Shown piece by piece: positions 11,234-24,427 of a stretch of DNA of 47,123 nucleotides (its first letter is position 1; every line of letters starts with the position of its first letter). This stretch comes from Nemertoderma westbladi. Taxonomy: Eukaryota > Animalia > Xenacoelomorpha. The stretch spans positions 1 through 47,123 of the forward strand of contig JAUCBJ010005841.1 of the NCBI GenBank assembly GCA_032718475.1, read 5' to 3'. The position numbers were made by a program, and so were the translations under genes. The notes under the pieces are model-generated. The model was not told where the DNA came from and ran no database searches. It saw nothing but the letters and a program-made list of their open reading frames with translations.

Positions 11234-12039
11234 TTTAATATTAAATAATAAAATTTACGGGAATAAATTTAAATTCATCTTTTAATGAATTTGATAAATT
11301 GTCATTTTTATACAATTTATAATATTCCCAAAATTCCATTAATTAATAGATCATGGGAGCGGAGATTCACCCTATTAAGTGTATTCGTGTGCGAGAATCT
11401 CCAATATATAGTCAATAGCCGATAAAATTCATAAAATCATGTATAAAGAGGAATATTGACAATTAAAGAATTACTATTAAATAGCATCCCAGATCTGTAT
11501 GCATGAGAATTACCCTAATTCTACCGCTAGCTTTCCATAATGTCACCATGGCAACAACCACGCTAGAATTAGAAGTGAGTTAAAAGAACAATAAAGCTTG
11601 CCCATTGAATAGCATAAGGAATAAATAGCACACTGCTAGTATCCCAGGTTACCCAATAATAACGTGGCATTCTGGAAGGCACTGACTAACGGACAAATGG
11701 CCCGAATGTGTGTGGTTTGTGACAGTTGTGTGGAATTTGTGCGTTTATAGGCGAATGTTACTACTAAAGTGTGTTTACAGTAGCGAGTCGCAATTGTGAA
11801 AGTAGCCCTAACTCTCCAGTAAGAACCTGAAGTAAATCTAAGCCTTTGGGACGGACGGTGGAGTGACTCGCGCTGGTTGTTGTTGTCGTTGTGCAGCACC
11901 TCGTTGGCGATAGGCACATCGGCGAAAGTACACCAGCGCTGAGGATCTTGCGCTGTCCGGGGGCCGAGAGGGGTAGGCAGCGACGCCCGCTAGCCTAAAT
12001 ATAAACTCATTATAATATTGATAAACTCATATAGCAGAT

Positions 12040-13398
12040 ATGACTGAGTTGATAGAAGATGATCTTGGTATCAGGGAGCGATATATTCTACCTTTACAAG
12101 CGTTTGTTGAAAGCTTGATACGCTGCGACGCTGGTCCAACTACTACAGAGGACGATGGTCGTTATATCGAACCGCCAATGTCCCAGGAGCAACTTACGCG
12201 TGAATTGGACTATAGAAAATTCACCGCTCGCTATACGCATCGTAATGGTACGTATATGGACTTCTTAACTACCGGCCATCCTATCGATTTACACGATACG
12301 GACGATATCGACACCGAAAGGGAAATGGTCCTATTTAAATATCATACCCAGCGGAGTCGGAACGATAAATTGAGAATCGAATGCAAAAATTCTATTCGAA
12401 ATCGACTCGAAGGAGAAGACGTTAAAGAACCGGATAAACGCGGTAACTCCAACGTATATTTGGAATTCTTGAGAGAAACATTGTAAAACCGAATAAATAT
12501 CACCCGCGTTTCCCCTACAAGACGTGCGTCTTTGGTATTATTACGATGAATGCCCTAGACCCAACCAACAAACGGAAAGACATAAACATCCATAGAGACG
12601 TTGCTTTAAACACGGTTTTACTCGCTATATTTACGGGAGTTTCGAGCGACACTTGTTCGATGTATCACCTACGCTCGCTCGATTCAAACGATCCTTAAAT
12701 AAACCTATGATCAGAGTTCCGGAATACTCGGTCAGACCTCTTCACTCCCTAGTGAGAACCCAGACTCTCGACCCTAATAGTATCAGGGATCTTCCCGAAC
12801 TGTACTCATTGTTCAAAGATCTAGTGTTACCCGAACAATTAGTCGGTGGCACTCCGGTTGTGGGCTCCCTAAATATTCGCCCATCTTACCTAGCCGGATT
12901 GAGACGCGGACATCTAATATCGCCATTCAACCGTATCATCGTCCCTGTTTAACCCGATACAACCTGTCACCGAGGCGGAGGAGAGAGTTGTACGAAACGC
13001 GTTGGACACTACTCGTCAAAAGAACGGAAAATGAACCTACAATTGTTTAGAGAAACGTAAATTGCAGCAGCAAGTCCAAGCGGTAAACGAATTAATTTTA
13101 TCTCAGTTCGATCAGGAAATTCAGAATCTCTAAGAAGATATCGAACTTGGACGACCCTATTCTCTGCAAGAGTTTTGGACGAACGCATCCAACGATAAGC
13201 GGAGGAAAATCAGCTCGAGGAGAAGCATATCGAAATGGACGAGACATCGACCGTAACCCTAAACCTTCTGATGCAATTGTATTGCACCCTTCACCCAGGA
13301 GTTACAGCCCTCCTAGTAAAGTGGCTCGCCCCTACGAGAAAAGGACTCTTGCTAGCCTCAAAAAACTGCGTAAACGCCGTCCGCGAAAGAAAGACTAG
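12040..13398 (+). pseudogene. Degraded accessory ORF region of unknown function
   Basis: GC-richer coding-like stretch: 148-aa ORF followed by co-oriented fragments (12653-12952, 13147-13398) separated by stops/frameshifts; no recognisable domain. Confidence 0.35.
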
Positions 13399-13476
13399 CT
13401 GTTTAGAGTATTTTTATATTTTAGAAACTGTGATTTTTTATATTTTATAGAATTAAATCCCATTTTCTGGGAGCGG

Positions 13477-14044
13477 TGTAAAAGCTTTTGCGGGATATAA
13501 CTGGCCCTTTTCTCCGCAATGTACTGTGTAAGGTGTTTTTAGAGGACATAACTAGCGATTTACCCGCTGTGTCTGCATGTGTGCTTTAGCAGACATAAAA
13601 AGCCAGTTTTCCCACAATGCGCTCAAATACTCTAAACTACCTAACTCAAATGACGCAATCTACCAACCGATTTGCTGTACGCCTATAGGCTCTTTGTTCT
13701 GTTCGATCAACCAATCAGAACAATGATCCACCAATCAGAGCGATTTCGCCTTGTGTTGAATATGGGCTGCAAAAACCCGAATAGTTCGGCATTTAGACAT
13801 TCGTGGAACCTACAGAATCTGGAACTCGGCCAATGAGAGCTGTTTCTCTTTGTGTTGAAAGATACCTACAACAGCCCAGAGGGATCAGTTGTGTTGGTTT
13901 TCCCGAGCCTAGAAGACCGGCTTTGGAATCTCTGTGTTTTCAGGCTTTAGCCCTACATTAGTAGGCTTAATTATAGAACGTATATCTGTTATCTTAACTT
14001 ATCATACCATAACATAACATATCATAACCATTCATACCTTAACA
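13477..14044 (+). repeat. Candidate 3' LTR (TGTA...AACA)
   Basis: Purine-rich GGGAGCGG immediately before TGTA; degenerate ~48-bp internal repeats (13495-13620); three CCAAT boxes (13710-13840); ends in AACA just before an unrelated duplication. No second copy in the window to confirm. Confidence 0.3.
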
Positions 14045-14048
14045 TTTG

Positions 14049-15387
14049 TACTGCTATTTACTGTCGGTTATTCATTATATCAGTAATATCGATAAATTAA
14101 TCATAAAACCCTCAATCTTCTTGATATACTGAAGGTAAGAGAGACCGGTTACATATAACGATTGCGACTTACATTAAAGTGGTTCTGAAGTGAATCTAAT
14201 GCTATTTCATAGGCACTACATGTATTGGTTGTTGTTCTCTTTATATGTGACTAAAATTAGTGAAGGTCGGCAGATCGGTGTGCAGCATTGTGCAGTATTG
14301 TGTATGATTGTGACTGATAACAAAGCATCTCCTAAAGAATGCGCCATATACGTGAATCCATAGCCATCCCGTTGTGTCTAGTTTAAGTCATAACTCTGTT
14401 TACATATTTAGAGCGCCACGTCCTAAAGGAACTGTTAATATTTCCCGAAAGTGAATAATATTTGTCAGAGATTATATATTACGATCAGTCGAATAATACA
14501 GTAGGCCTACACCGCAATAAGGTTAGGCTTCCGAATCCAGTCTCCCGGGTATATCCAGCGGGTGAATGGTCGCGCATAGACTGGCTTCGGCTAATGTAGT
14601 GTATCAAATACTCGTCATAGGCTAAAGTCGATTTCTTATCTAGAAGACATCCAAATTTGGCAGGTTAAACTGCTAAAGGTCTAAAAGCGCGAACAGTCAA
14701 CTACAAACACCGGATTTTTACTGCTATTTATTGTCGGTCATTAATTATATCAGTTGATGGAATATTATTATATTGGATAATATCGCTAAATAATCATAAA
14801 ACCCCCAATCTTCTTGATATACTGAAGGTAAGAGACCGGTTACATATAACAATTGCGACTTACATTAAAGTGGTTTTGGAGTGAATCTAATGCTATTTCA
14901 TAGGCACTACATGAGTCGGTTGCTGTTCTCTTTATATGTGACTAAAATTAGTGAAGGTCGGCAGATCGGTGTGCAGCATTGTGCAGTAGTGTGCATGATT
15001 GTGACTGATAACAAAGCATCTCCTAAAGAATGCGCTTTATACGTGAATCCATAGCCATCCCGTTGTGTCTAGTATAAGTCATAACTCTGTTTACATATTT
15101 AGAACGCCACGTCCTAAAGGAACTGTTAATATTTCCCGAAAGTGAATAATATTGGTCAGAAATTATATATTAACGATCAGTCGAATAATACAGTAGGCCT
15201 ACACCGCAATAAGGTCAAGCTTCCGAATCCAGTCTCCCGGGTATATCCAGCGGGTGAATGGTCGCGCATAGACTGGCTTCGGCTAATGTAGTGTATCAAA
15301 TACTCGTCATAGGCTAAAGTCGATTTATAATCTAGAAGACATCTAAATTTGGCAGGTTAAACTGCTAAAGGTCTGAAAGCGCGAACA
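14049..15387 (+). repeat. Tandem duplication of a ~650-bp unit
   Basis: 14049-14695 and 14719-15387 are near-identical, from TACTGCTATTTA to AAAGCGCGAACA, with scattered substitutions and a short indel near the start. Confidence 0.95.
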
Positions 15388-17629
15388 TCCCACATTCAAT
15401 CTAGAATTAATTAATACAATAAATAAATAGTATAATTATCTCTAATGCAGTACGAGATAAGCCCTAGACATACATCCCCAAACATTTTGTGCTTTGATTT
15501 TTAAATATCACCATTTGTACAGAGACACGAATGACCGCCACACATTCCCTTTATTTGATCAGATGAGATCCTTTTTTATTGATGAAAAACGTTTAAGCAG
15601 CTCGCCGCCGCCATGCCTTTAGATAAGAAATTTGTAAACGTGATTCATAGAACACACTTAGTACCGTGTACCACAGCATGAGACAGATTACACTATTGTG
15701 TTCTAGGTTACTTCTTCACATTTATTTAAAAATAATAACTAACCGTTTCCAAAAAATAGCAATACCTTGCTAGTATGTGATGACATAAGAAACGTTCTGG
15801 AACCGCCGTTTCGTACCCCCTTATCAATCACCAAAGGCTTGCCGTTCCTCACTCCTGGTTCCCCCAAGCACCAAGGCCTATCCATCTTCCCAGAGAGCCT
15901 GAGATTCTGTAATAAAATACCTGTGATAGCCTTTTTTCATCATCCAACTCACTGTTTTATAATAAATTGTTCTGTGCATAGTTACATCTTTATCGTTAGA
16001 AAGGGCGCAGTTCGATCATAAGGCTGTGTGACGGCATTGTGTGGCAGGTGCTCACGGGAACTTTTATTTTACATATCAACTTGATAAAATTTCCTAACTG
16101 TTAGAAAAGCTTGTAACGGTTGACGGCAAGTTGAAGGTAAATTAAAATATAGGAAAAAGTTAGTTTATTATTCATTCCATCTAACTTGGTTGTGTTGTGT
16201 AATTCTGCAGTCAGTTATCTGACTGTGGGGCGAGCCACGAAGTAAAATGTGCCTTAGGGTAGTCGTACCATTAATGAACCTGTCGTTCTGTTATCCCGTG
16301 GCGTCCAATTTTTAAACCTTAATAACTCGGCCAATCTAATCAATGACTAAAAACCAATGAAATCTAACCGAACTTGGTTCACATGTTGTTCGGCAAAAGT
16401 TTTGAAATTTTCCAAGTTGAATTTGCATGTGGCTTCGAGAAGCTAAGATAAAAGCAGTTAATTAAGTTGATTACGGTAAAAAACAGCATTTTCAACCTGC
16501 CTTTAATGGACATTAATTATTTTATAGTATATAAATAATTATACTTAAAAATTATACAGCTGTAATCCCCATACCCCATTCCATTATAGTTTTTAATTAG
16601 TTCAAGTGATTTGCTTTAAGAAATGTGTTTGTAATTGATCTAACTAAACTAAAATTTTTAATTGTTAATAGTTATTGTTAATAGTTTTTAATTGATCTAA
16701 ACGTAATTAACTTATCAATATGCCCCCGTCACTCTATACTTCCATCTCCCTCATCCCTTGGCTTGCTTGCTATTGCCTATTAGTTTGGAACCAGTCCAAT
16801 CATCTCACCACTACTTGGCAACAGGTAATTACATTATAGGACATATCACTACTAGTGTAAGGTGTCAGACTAGTAAGCCAGCTTGCTTTATCCCTCAAAA
16901 TGATTGGCTGAGTATTTAATCGTGATTCTTCAGAATAATTAGCTAAATTATTTCGTTGAGGTGTTGAGATGGTAAATTAATATTTCCGTATCAATACTAT
17001 CGGCATAACGCAAGTTTTAATATTTCTTAAAAAAATCATCCACGCCTTAAATATATTTAATATATTAGGCCTAATACAATAAAATACCTGCCTTTCACAA
17101 GTGAAAAAATTCAGTGAAAAAGTAATAATTGTAATAAAGAATATAGCAATAATTTATTTCTGAAAATTAAATCATCCTATTGTCCCGTTTAACATTAACT
17201 ATAATACGTCAGTATGATGGTAGTTGAAAATTTTTAATATATTTAAAGAAGTTTAATATACCTTTTACAAATTCATTATTTAAATGGTCACACATCAACT
17301 CGTGTCCGGACAACCTTATGTAAAACTTTCATTTTCCCCTTTCCTTGACTATATTTCTGAAATTATGCTAATATTATGAGCAGGTTAAAATATAATAGGA
17401 AGTTTCTAACCAACACACACACCTACTCTACACAGTAGACCTACACTCTTCAGTCAACAGAAGTTGTCAGGACATGAGTTGTCTGTATCGCATTTTTAAA
17501 GATTCCCCGATACATTTACCAATATTTCAGTTAATTTACGTTTAAGATTTATTATAATTTGGTACGCGTTGACAACATTTAATAAATCAAAATTGACCTG
17601 TAAAGATAGTCAGAAGAATCATTTCCTTC

Positions 17630-18481
17630 TCAATATTTCGCATCCTTAACTTTACATGCTGGACATAATTTTTCGGCAATTTTCAAATTGCCAAAATCAG
17701 GAAACCCACCAGTGCCATTTTTTAGTGATTCCACCGGTCTATTTCCTTCGAGCACCTCCAAAAATTCCTCAGGTTTATAGAGAACCTCAATATCGCATAT
17801 TTTGGTGCTCTCGTCAACAGTGACTCGAGCAAACCCGTACATCTCAACTACTTCGCCCTCGCCTTGTTGGCCGCGGTACGTCCCGTTGAAGTAGGCCCAA
17901 TGTCGCCAGGAGAAACAGACGACCGGTGGTGGCGAAAACACATCGAGCACCTCCCATGGGAATCCCTCAGGAAAAGCATCCCGGAACAAATGATGCGAAG
18001 AATCGAAAGTCTCCTTCGACGAATCGTAGAGATCCTTCCGAATTCCATCGAGAAGTACGTTGTAGTTACCAGCAGCAGCCGCTTCCTCACCATAGTAACG
18101 CTTGCCCATATTAGCGCTTAGAGTATATTTTGCCTGATTGACAGTTGTCCAATCTTTGAACAATTTGTGAGAAGCCTCCATTTCCCAAGTTTTCACTAAG
18201 TCTTCAACGACCTTCTCAAGTGAATCGGCTGCATGCTCGCGAGTTTTGCCCTTAAAATATGCCAAATTTGCGATGACATATTTAGGACAGGCGTATCGCC
18301 ATTTGTGAACCGATGTGTCGGTGAGATCGCCCCTGTTTGGAATGATGTAACCCGGCTTGGCTGTGAAGGATTTCAGTTCAACGCGCGCAGCTTCGATCTT
18401 TTCGTGGGAGACACCGAAACTTGAGCCAACCATATGGGCGGGAACGGTCGCGGATTCTTTTGCTTCTTCGTCTGAAGACAT
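17630..18481 (-). CDS. Pathogen-related protein-like (plant/fungal family, SnoaL/NTF2-like C-terminus)
   Basis: Intronless 283-aa ORF with family motifs WRY..P.Y, SLEKVVEDLVKTWEMEASHK, GNYNVLL, ETFDSSHHLFRDAFPEGFPWEVLDVFSPPPVVCFSWRHW; possible 5'UTR acceptor (TTCTGTAG) at 18511-18512. Confidence 0.85.
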   Translation of the reverse strand: MSSDEEAKESATVPAHMVGSSFGVSHEKIEAARVELKSFTAKPGYIIPNRGDLTDTSVHKWRYACPKYVIANLAYFKGKTREHAADSLEKVVEDLVKTWEMEASHKLFKDWTTVNQAKYTLSANMGKRYYGEEAAAAGNYNVLLDGIRKDLYDSSKETFDSSHHLFRDAFPEGFPWEVLDVFSPPPVVCFSWRHWAYFNGTYRGQQGEGEVVEMYGFARVTVDESTKICDIEVLYKPEEFLEVLEGNRPVESLKNGTGGFPDFGNLKIAEKLCPACKVKDAKY

Positions 18482-19145
18482 TTGATTAACCAGGTTTGTT
18501 GATTATGTAGCTACAGAATAAATCATACCAAAGCAATGAAGATACTGTACTATCAAAGATAGAATATGTACTACATAACCTCAACCCCCAAATAGTATAC
18601 AATGACCTACTATAAATATATTTATCTATTTAGTAGGTCATGGTGACCCAATTATGGACAATTATACATTATCTGTATTATTTATGCACTGCTTAATAAA
18701 TATAATTACTAATAATTGTACTTTGTAATTTGTAATTACGGTCAATGGACTTTACATGGACTTAATTATAGTAGAGTGAATGACAATCAATTGGAGATAT
18801 CGACGATTGTGGTGGATGGAAGTTTGATTACCAGGTTGTCAACAAGTAGATATAATTACAATAGCAACAACTTCTACTGTAATTTCAAATTCTTAAGTTA
18901 AAAATATAAATGAAAATATAATAAATGATAGTATTAGAGATAAGTTAATGTAGAAATAGTAACGCCAATAGTAACATCATCAAGTAGGCCTAAACGTTCA
19001 TTACTTCCTGCATTGCAATTCTATATTGCACAGATTGAGATTGAGACATTATTAAAGATATTGTCGGTATGATTTCCAATGATTTCTTAGTACATACTTG
19101 TTTAACTTGTTCAATATGTTAACGACTGGAGCTTCGAAACTGTTA

Positions 19146-19245
19146 GGCCCCCTCCACACTAAGCAACTTGTTTTTGAAACTTGTTGCTGAACCCCCTCAC
19201 ACACAGAAACAAGTTGCAGAAACAAATTGCTGCGTGTGAGGGAGG
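19146..19245. mobile_element. Short foldback/MITE relic
   Basis: CCTCCACACTAAGCAACTTGTTTTTGAAACTTGTT is imperfectly reverse-complementary to AACAAGTTGCAGAAACAAATTGCTGCGTGTGAGGGAGG. Confidence 0.45.
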
Positions 19246-19963
19246 TGAAACTGTTCGTATTTTTCTTTGTTAAGGAAGATATGAGAGGGTAATTTATATT
19301 AAAATAACGTTCTGTTATTGCAATCTAAAATGTGACAGTTATTTACTGTAATTATACGAGAAAGCCTGCAAGCTGGCTATAAGAAGACCGTCAAAAAAAC
19401 CGAAAAAACTAAATCTTAATTCAGTTTCTGTGTTAGTCCGAAGCGAAAAGATGAACAAATATTTAACCATATCCAAACCTGGCATCACTATGAAGCAACC
19501 AATTTAATATAAGCATATAATATGCATGTATCCTAATAATAATATTCTACGAAACCAGAGGGCTCTTTCTCTCAATAATGGTTTGGTTTAATAATAATAT
19601 AATGGAGGTAGAGAGTGGGGGTGTCCAATATAATTGTCCAGTATCAATATAAGTCTGCCCGACAGCTTTTAGACTGATTGTTTAGTGGAATATTGGATTG
19701 AACGAAGACAAAGTTCAAGCTGCAAATATACTGTACTTGACATCCCAACATGTAGAACACGTTCTCTTCCAAGCCAATATCAATGTGCAGCACACACACA
19801 GACAAACAAACAAACATATAAAATTTGACAACAAGAAACCCTAAAGGTCTCTAATTATAATAAATTAAACAATAAATTATTGTTTCAGATCGACAATTAT
19901 AAATTAATTGATTGATTATTGTTGTCTAATTTTATCAGGAAATGTACAGGCCAGAGAGCAGAT

Positions 19964-20672
19964 AGCTCTTCCCAGTGAATCCAATGACAATAATATATAA
20001 GGTTACTCACTGCTATGTTAGGTGGGAGGGAGTTGATGATGATGAATGATGATGGACCTAACTAACACTACGTTTGTCTATATGGACGGTCTCCTTACAG
20101 CCAGCTGGCTGGCTTTTCTAGCTGAATCATATTATTCCGCAACTAAATAATTTACTCTTTTAGACGAATTTGTGCGTTTTTTTGCCGGACTAACAAATTT
20201 TGGCGACGTTATTTGAAAAGATTCTGAGGCTCAAATATGTTGCTCAGATGACTGAATATCTCAAATAAAAAAGTTGGTGCATACTCGACAAGTTGAAATC
20301 GGTGAAATTCGACATTAAATTTTCAAAACCGCTATTTTTCAGTGACCCCGTGATCGAAACGCCACAAAAAATATACAGTCTTGTGCGCAACCAAAATTTA
20401 TGGAGAGTTTGTTATTAAAATTTTTGCGTACCTGCTTGAGTTTTTGAGATATTGGATGGTTATACATACACACACACACAACCACATCGTGTTTTTAAAC
20501 GGCTCAACTCTTGACAAGAACTACCCTGGCCTATTAATAGGCAGGTTCGTTATTAACCTATAAAACATTTGAACGGCCCAGTGCTTAAAATTCAATCAGC
20601 TTGTGTCCCCCCTCCCTAGCAGTGAGTAGAGTAACCCTATAGATATTCCCATAGGATTCACTGGGAAGAGCT
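19964..20672. repeat. 19-bp perfect inverted repeat pair about 700 bp apart (possible non-autonomous DNA transposon)
   Basis: AGCTCTTCCCAGTGAATCC (19964-19982) and GGATTCACTGGGAAGAGCT (20654-20672). Confidence 0.55.
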
Positions 20673-22097
20673 GTTCAGCTGCCGGGTTAATACATTAGCA
20701 TGTTTGCTTTCTGTCTCGGAGATAGAGTGAGAGAGTAATACACTTCTTGGCAAGTAATATACTCATCTGCAGTTTGGACCTATCCATTCAATCAATAGTA
20801 GTAGCTTACTACTGTAGGCCCGCCATGAGCGAGTACCAGCAGCTGGTGTTTCTATCATTGAGTCTATGGCAATTTTTCTCAAAACAACAATTTTCAAATG
20901 AAAAATGCTATAACTTCATAAAAAATGAGGCCACTAATCTGACTTATCCATATCATATACAGTACTTTACAATTGATACAGACAGAATTTAAATTAAAAC
21001 TCGTTATTTTTGAATTATTTCGCCATATTATCACCTATTTCTGCACATTTTCTATTTTTTTGGTGCTAAAATCGTGCGTTTTGGTGCTTTTTGAACTTCC
21101 CGAACAGATATCAAAATTTTGTCTGTACAACCTGTTTAGAGCATTACACTGACTGTCTCTGTGAAATTTTTACAAATTCTGGTAATTTTTAAAAAGGCAC
21201 TTTTTTTACTCTTTGTAATTTTCATGACAAATTTGAAATTAAAAATTTTTTTTTTTGCAAATTATGACCCTTTCTACTTTCTACTACGTTAAAATTTGTT
21301 GATAATTAAACTTTTAATTGATATCGACTTCACATTTCAAAAATGATTTTTTTATTCTAGAACTTTCTAAATGTTTATAATAAAATATACTAGCTAATTG
21401 TTGCTATGTTTGTACTGTAAATAAGTTTAAAACCGTGCGGAAACCCAGCCCCACTCTACCACTTACTGAAATGTCAAAAAAACACGAAATCGTTAACTTC
21501 ATGGGCCACTGATGATAATTAGTCTACATTTTAACTCATTTTATATAATTTATTGCTATTTTTACTCACTGTGTTTTATTGTTCATAAATTGTTATTCTA
21601 CATGTACCTATAATGCCAGTACCCCGGCGAAATTAAATTGATATCATAAATAAGTTTAAAACATTATTTTGATTCCAGAACATTTTTAAAAATGTTAAAA
21701 ATCATTCATATAGCTAGATTTCATATTTTTTAATGATCTAGAAAATGTTCCCTATTATTTAAAAAAATATTTCCCGAACAACAAGATTCCTTCAGTTTTA
21801 CTTATTCTAGAACGATCATTTTTTAATATTTTTATATCATTTAAAATGGTCTAAAACCTTTTTTATAACATCTACAGTTAAAGAACATTTCAAACAAATC
21901 TTAAATTGTTCTAAAATAGCAATATTTAAACAACAATATTTACCAATATGCCAAAAATGCTACTAAATGAAACTTTTTAAATAAAACTACGCATTGCTAC
22001 ATAAAATTACGTAAAACAACATATGTTCACTGTGCTCTCGATTCACATTAACCTCACTACGCACGCTCGGTAAATATAATAACAAATAATACATTAT

Positions 22098-22299
22098 TTA
22101 CCATGCAATAAATAATATTCTATCTGTAATTACTAATTTCAAGGGATTCTGAGATACATACTGTGCGTATTGTTGGATTGGGTAAATTCTAGGTCGTACA
22201 GTAGATAAAACCATCTCCATTGCATCTGGGTCCACCCGCCCACGGCACAAGATACATACATTAAAGGATTTGAGTAAAGCACATGTGGTACAGTTAGGC
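22098..22299 (-). CDS. Possible seventh alternative terminal exon encoding CxxC-x8-CxxC
   Basis: CTGTAG|G acceptor; the phase-2 frame reads PNCTTCALLKSFNVCILCRGRVDPDAMEMVLSTVRPRIYP... to TAA (66 aa). Weak pyrimidine tract. Confidence 0.3.
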
Positions 22300-23911
22300 C
22301 TACAGTATGTATTGTTGATAATAATATATTCATTGTATCCTCTAAACCATTACTTCAATAAATTAAGCACGGGTCACACATGAGCTTTCAACATTCAACT
22401 TTGAAATAACTACTTCCCGGTTCAAACATAAACATTCAACTTTCACCTCATAAAAATTATTGGATATATTGCTTAAACTAGATATAAAAGATTGAGAAAT
22501 TATTCAGTTTGGCAGTTATAAAAATCTGTATTGTTTTAGATTGTAATATGTTTTTTTTTATTTTATTTAAAGTAACACCCGATCAATAAAAAAAAAAGGT
22601 TGTCGTACGGTGTTATCGGAAAACTTTAACAAGATTTGCGGACAGATGAATATTAAGTACAATATTTGCCTTAGTAGGAGTTATTGGTTTGTACGTTACG
22701 GGTGTATTGGGTGAGATACTGTACATACAGTAGTATGTAAGACTAGTTGATATCAGAAACATATTCAACTAGAGATACACTCCTGATTAGAATTAGTACG
22801 ATTTCGAATTCTCACCATCTGACCTGACGAAATCTACTACCAAATACTACCTGCAACAATAACATTACCCCCAACCACCACTACTAACACAGCGATGTTA
22901 CAGTAGGTTCAGAAGATATTCATTACACATTATGATACGGGAAATGTAATTCCTAAACCAATGAAAAGGATGGATTGTCCGCTGATAATGGGACAAAGAA
23001 AGACGCCGATCATGATGATTCTGAGGACACATCGTTGTCGTTGGCTACAGATCGGACCGGCGGTTGGTGGTGTAGGCCTACAAAAATGGCCTACTCAATT
23101 GGGATTTGGTAACTATTGCTGAGTGAAGGCTGGGGACTTTTCGAACAATGACGTACTCATATGTGGTCTAGAATGATATTTTCTGAGACCAATAATAATT
23201 ATTTTAACTTATTTCTTATAAATTAATCATCGAAGTTGCTTGGTTTGACAAGAAAATGTAGCCTATTTATTTATTAGACTCTTCGGGTATTAACGAAATT
23301 CAGTATTAGCCAATCAGAGCATCCCATTGCTAGACCATTAACCAACTTAGTCTGAAAATTTGCGAGTGACATTCGATTTAGGTTATCTACCGATGGTGAA
23401 AAAATTTGGAAAATCGTGGAAGCCGTCACTCACTCAACACAGATTCATTTCAGGGCTGACTTGTGACAGCTACATAGCAACATGGCGATGGACAGCTGCC
23501 TATTCCATACGTTTAACGATAAAAATTGTCAATTGTTGGTGTTTTAATTGGTTGGTTATTCGTTGTACCAAATTATATTATAAAACATAATATTAGTAAT
23601 ATCAAATATCTAACCACTCCTACACGTCATGTCATGAAATAGTACAGTATTATAATTCAATAGCCTGGGATGTGATTTCAGAATTTATTTGTTCTTTTTC
23701 AATCTTTAGCTAGAAGTGTTTGAAAAAAGTGTCTCCGTAGGCATTTCAACAGATACACCTCAATTATTTTCAAACTTAGTGATTTGTTGATACCGATGGA
23801 AGGAAGGCTGGCCATAAAGAATTCCTAAAATCATATGAATGTTTATATGATAAATTCATGAGATATAAAACTTTATAATATTGAGTTCTAGAGTATGATG
23901 TATTTATTAAC

Positions 23912-24025
23912 TAGAATAAATGGCCTACAGCGGAAGCAAACACATGCCGCTTTCGAATTCCCATATCTCAACTATTTTACGACGAAATTTTATTATTAAA
24001 GATTTGTTTGGAATCCGTGCAACGT
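23912..24025. repeat. Dispersed repeat, inverted copy at 40537-40650
   Basis: TAGAATAAATGGCC..CAGCGGAAGCAAA.ACATGC...CCCATATCTCA.CTATTT...TTTGGAATCC.TGCA matches the reverse complement of 40537-40650. Confidence 0.7.
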
Positions 24026-24427
24026 CATGTAAAAACCCAAATCCACTATATGGATAAGGAATAACGTCAGTACGACTGGTGCAATATCGAAGGAGACACC
24101 TTTATTTGCAGCTTGTAGGTAATATAAAGAGCGAAAGCGACGTGAAACTAGAGACGAGGTGAACCCAGAAACTTAATGTGATTAAGATATTAACTATTTA
24201 ACTATTATTCTCCTTTCAATTTATAGAACAATTTGGGGGTGGGGGGTGGTGGGTCCCGGAAAACTGAATGAATTATGGATGACACTATATTTCAGATGAT
24301 TGGTTTAATATGGGTCTAAATCATTTTATATTGTTAACGACAAAAATTGTCATTTTGAAGCAATATATAAAGTTAAGGTTAAAAGTTATTTAATAACTTA
24401 AACAAAATATATATTTCGCATATTAGC

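Larger units (their letters stand above)
3340..14044 (+). mobile_element. Bel/Pao LTR retrotransposon, 5' part missing at the Maverick junction; right end uncertain
   Basis: Gag with zinc knuckles, then PR-RT-RNaseH-INT order with Bel/Pao-type motifs. No 5' LTR in the window; 3' end is either an LTR starting near 10429 or one at 13477-14044. Confidence 0.85.

Noticed and set aside
22800-23110. Plus-strand coding-like stretch
   Set aside because: Multiple stops, no recognisable domain or clean splice sites.
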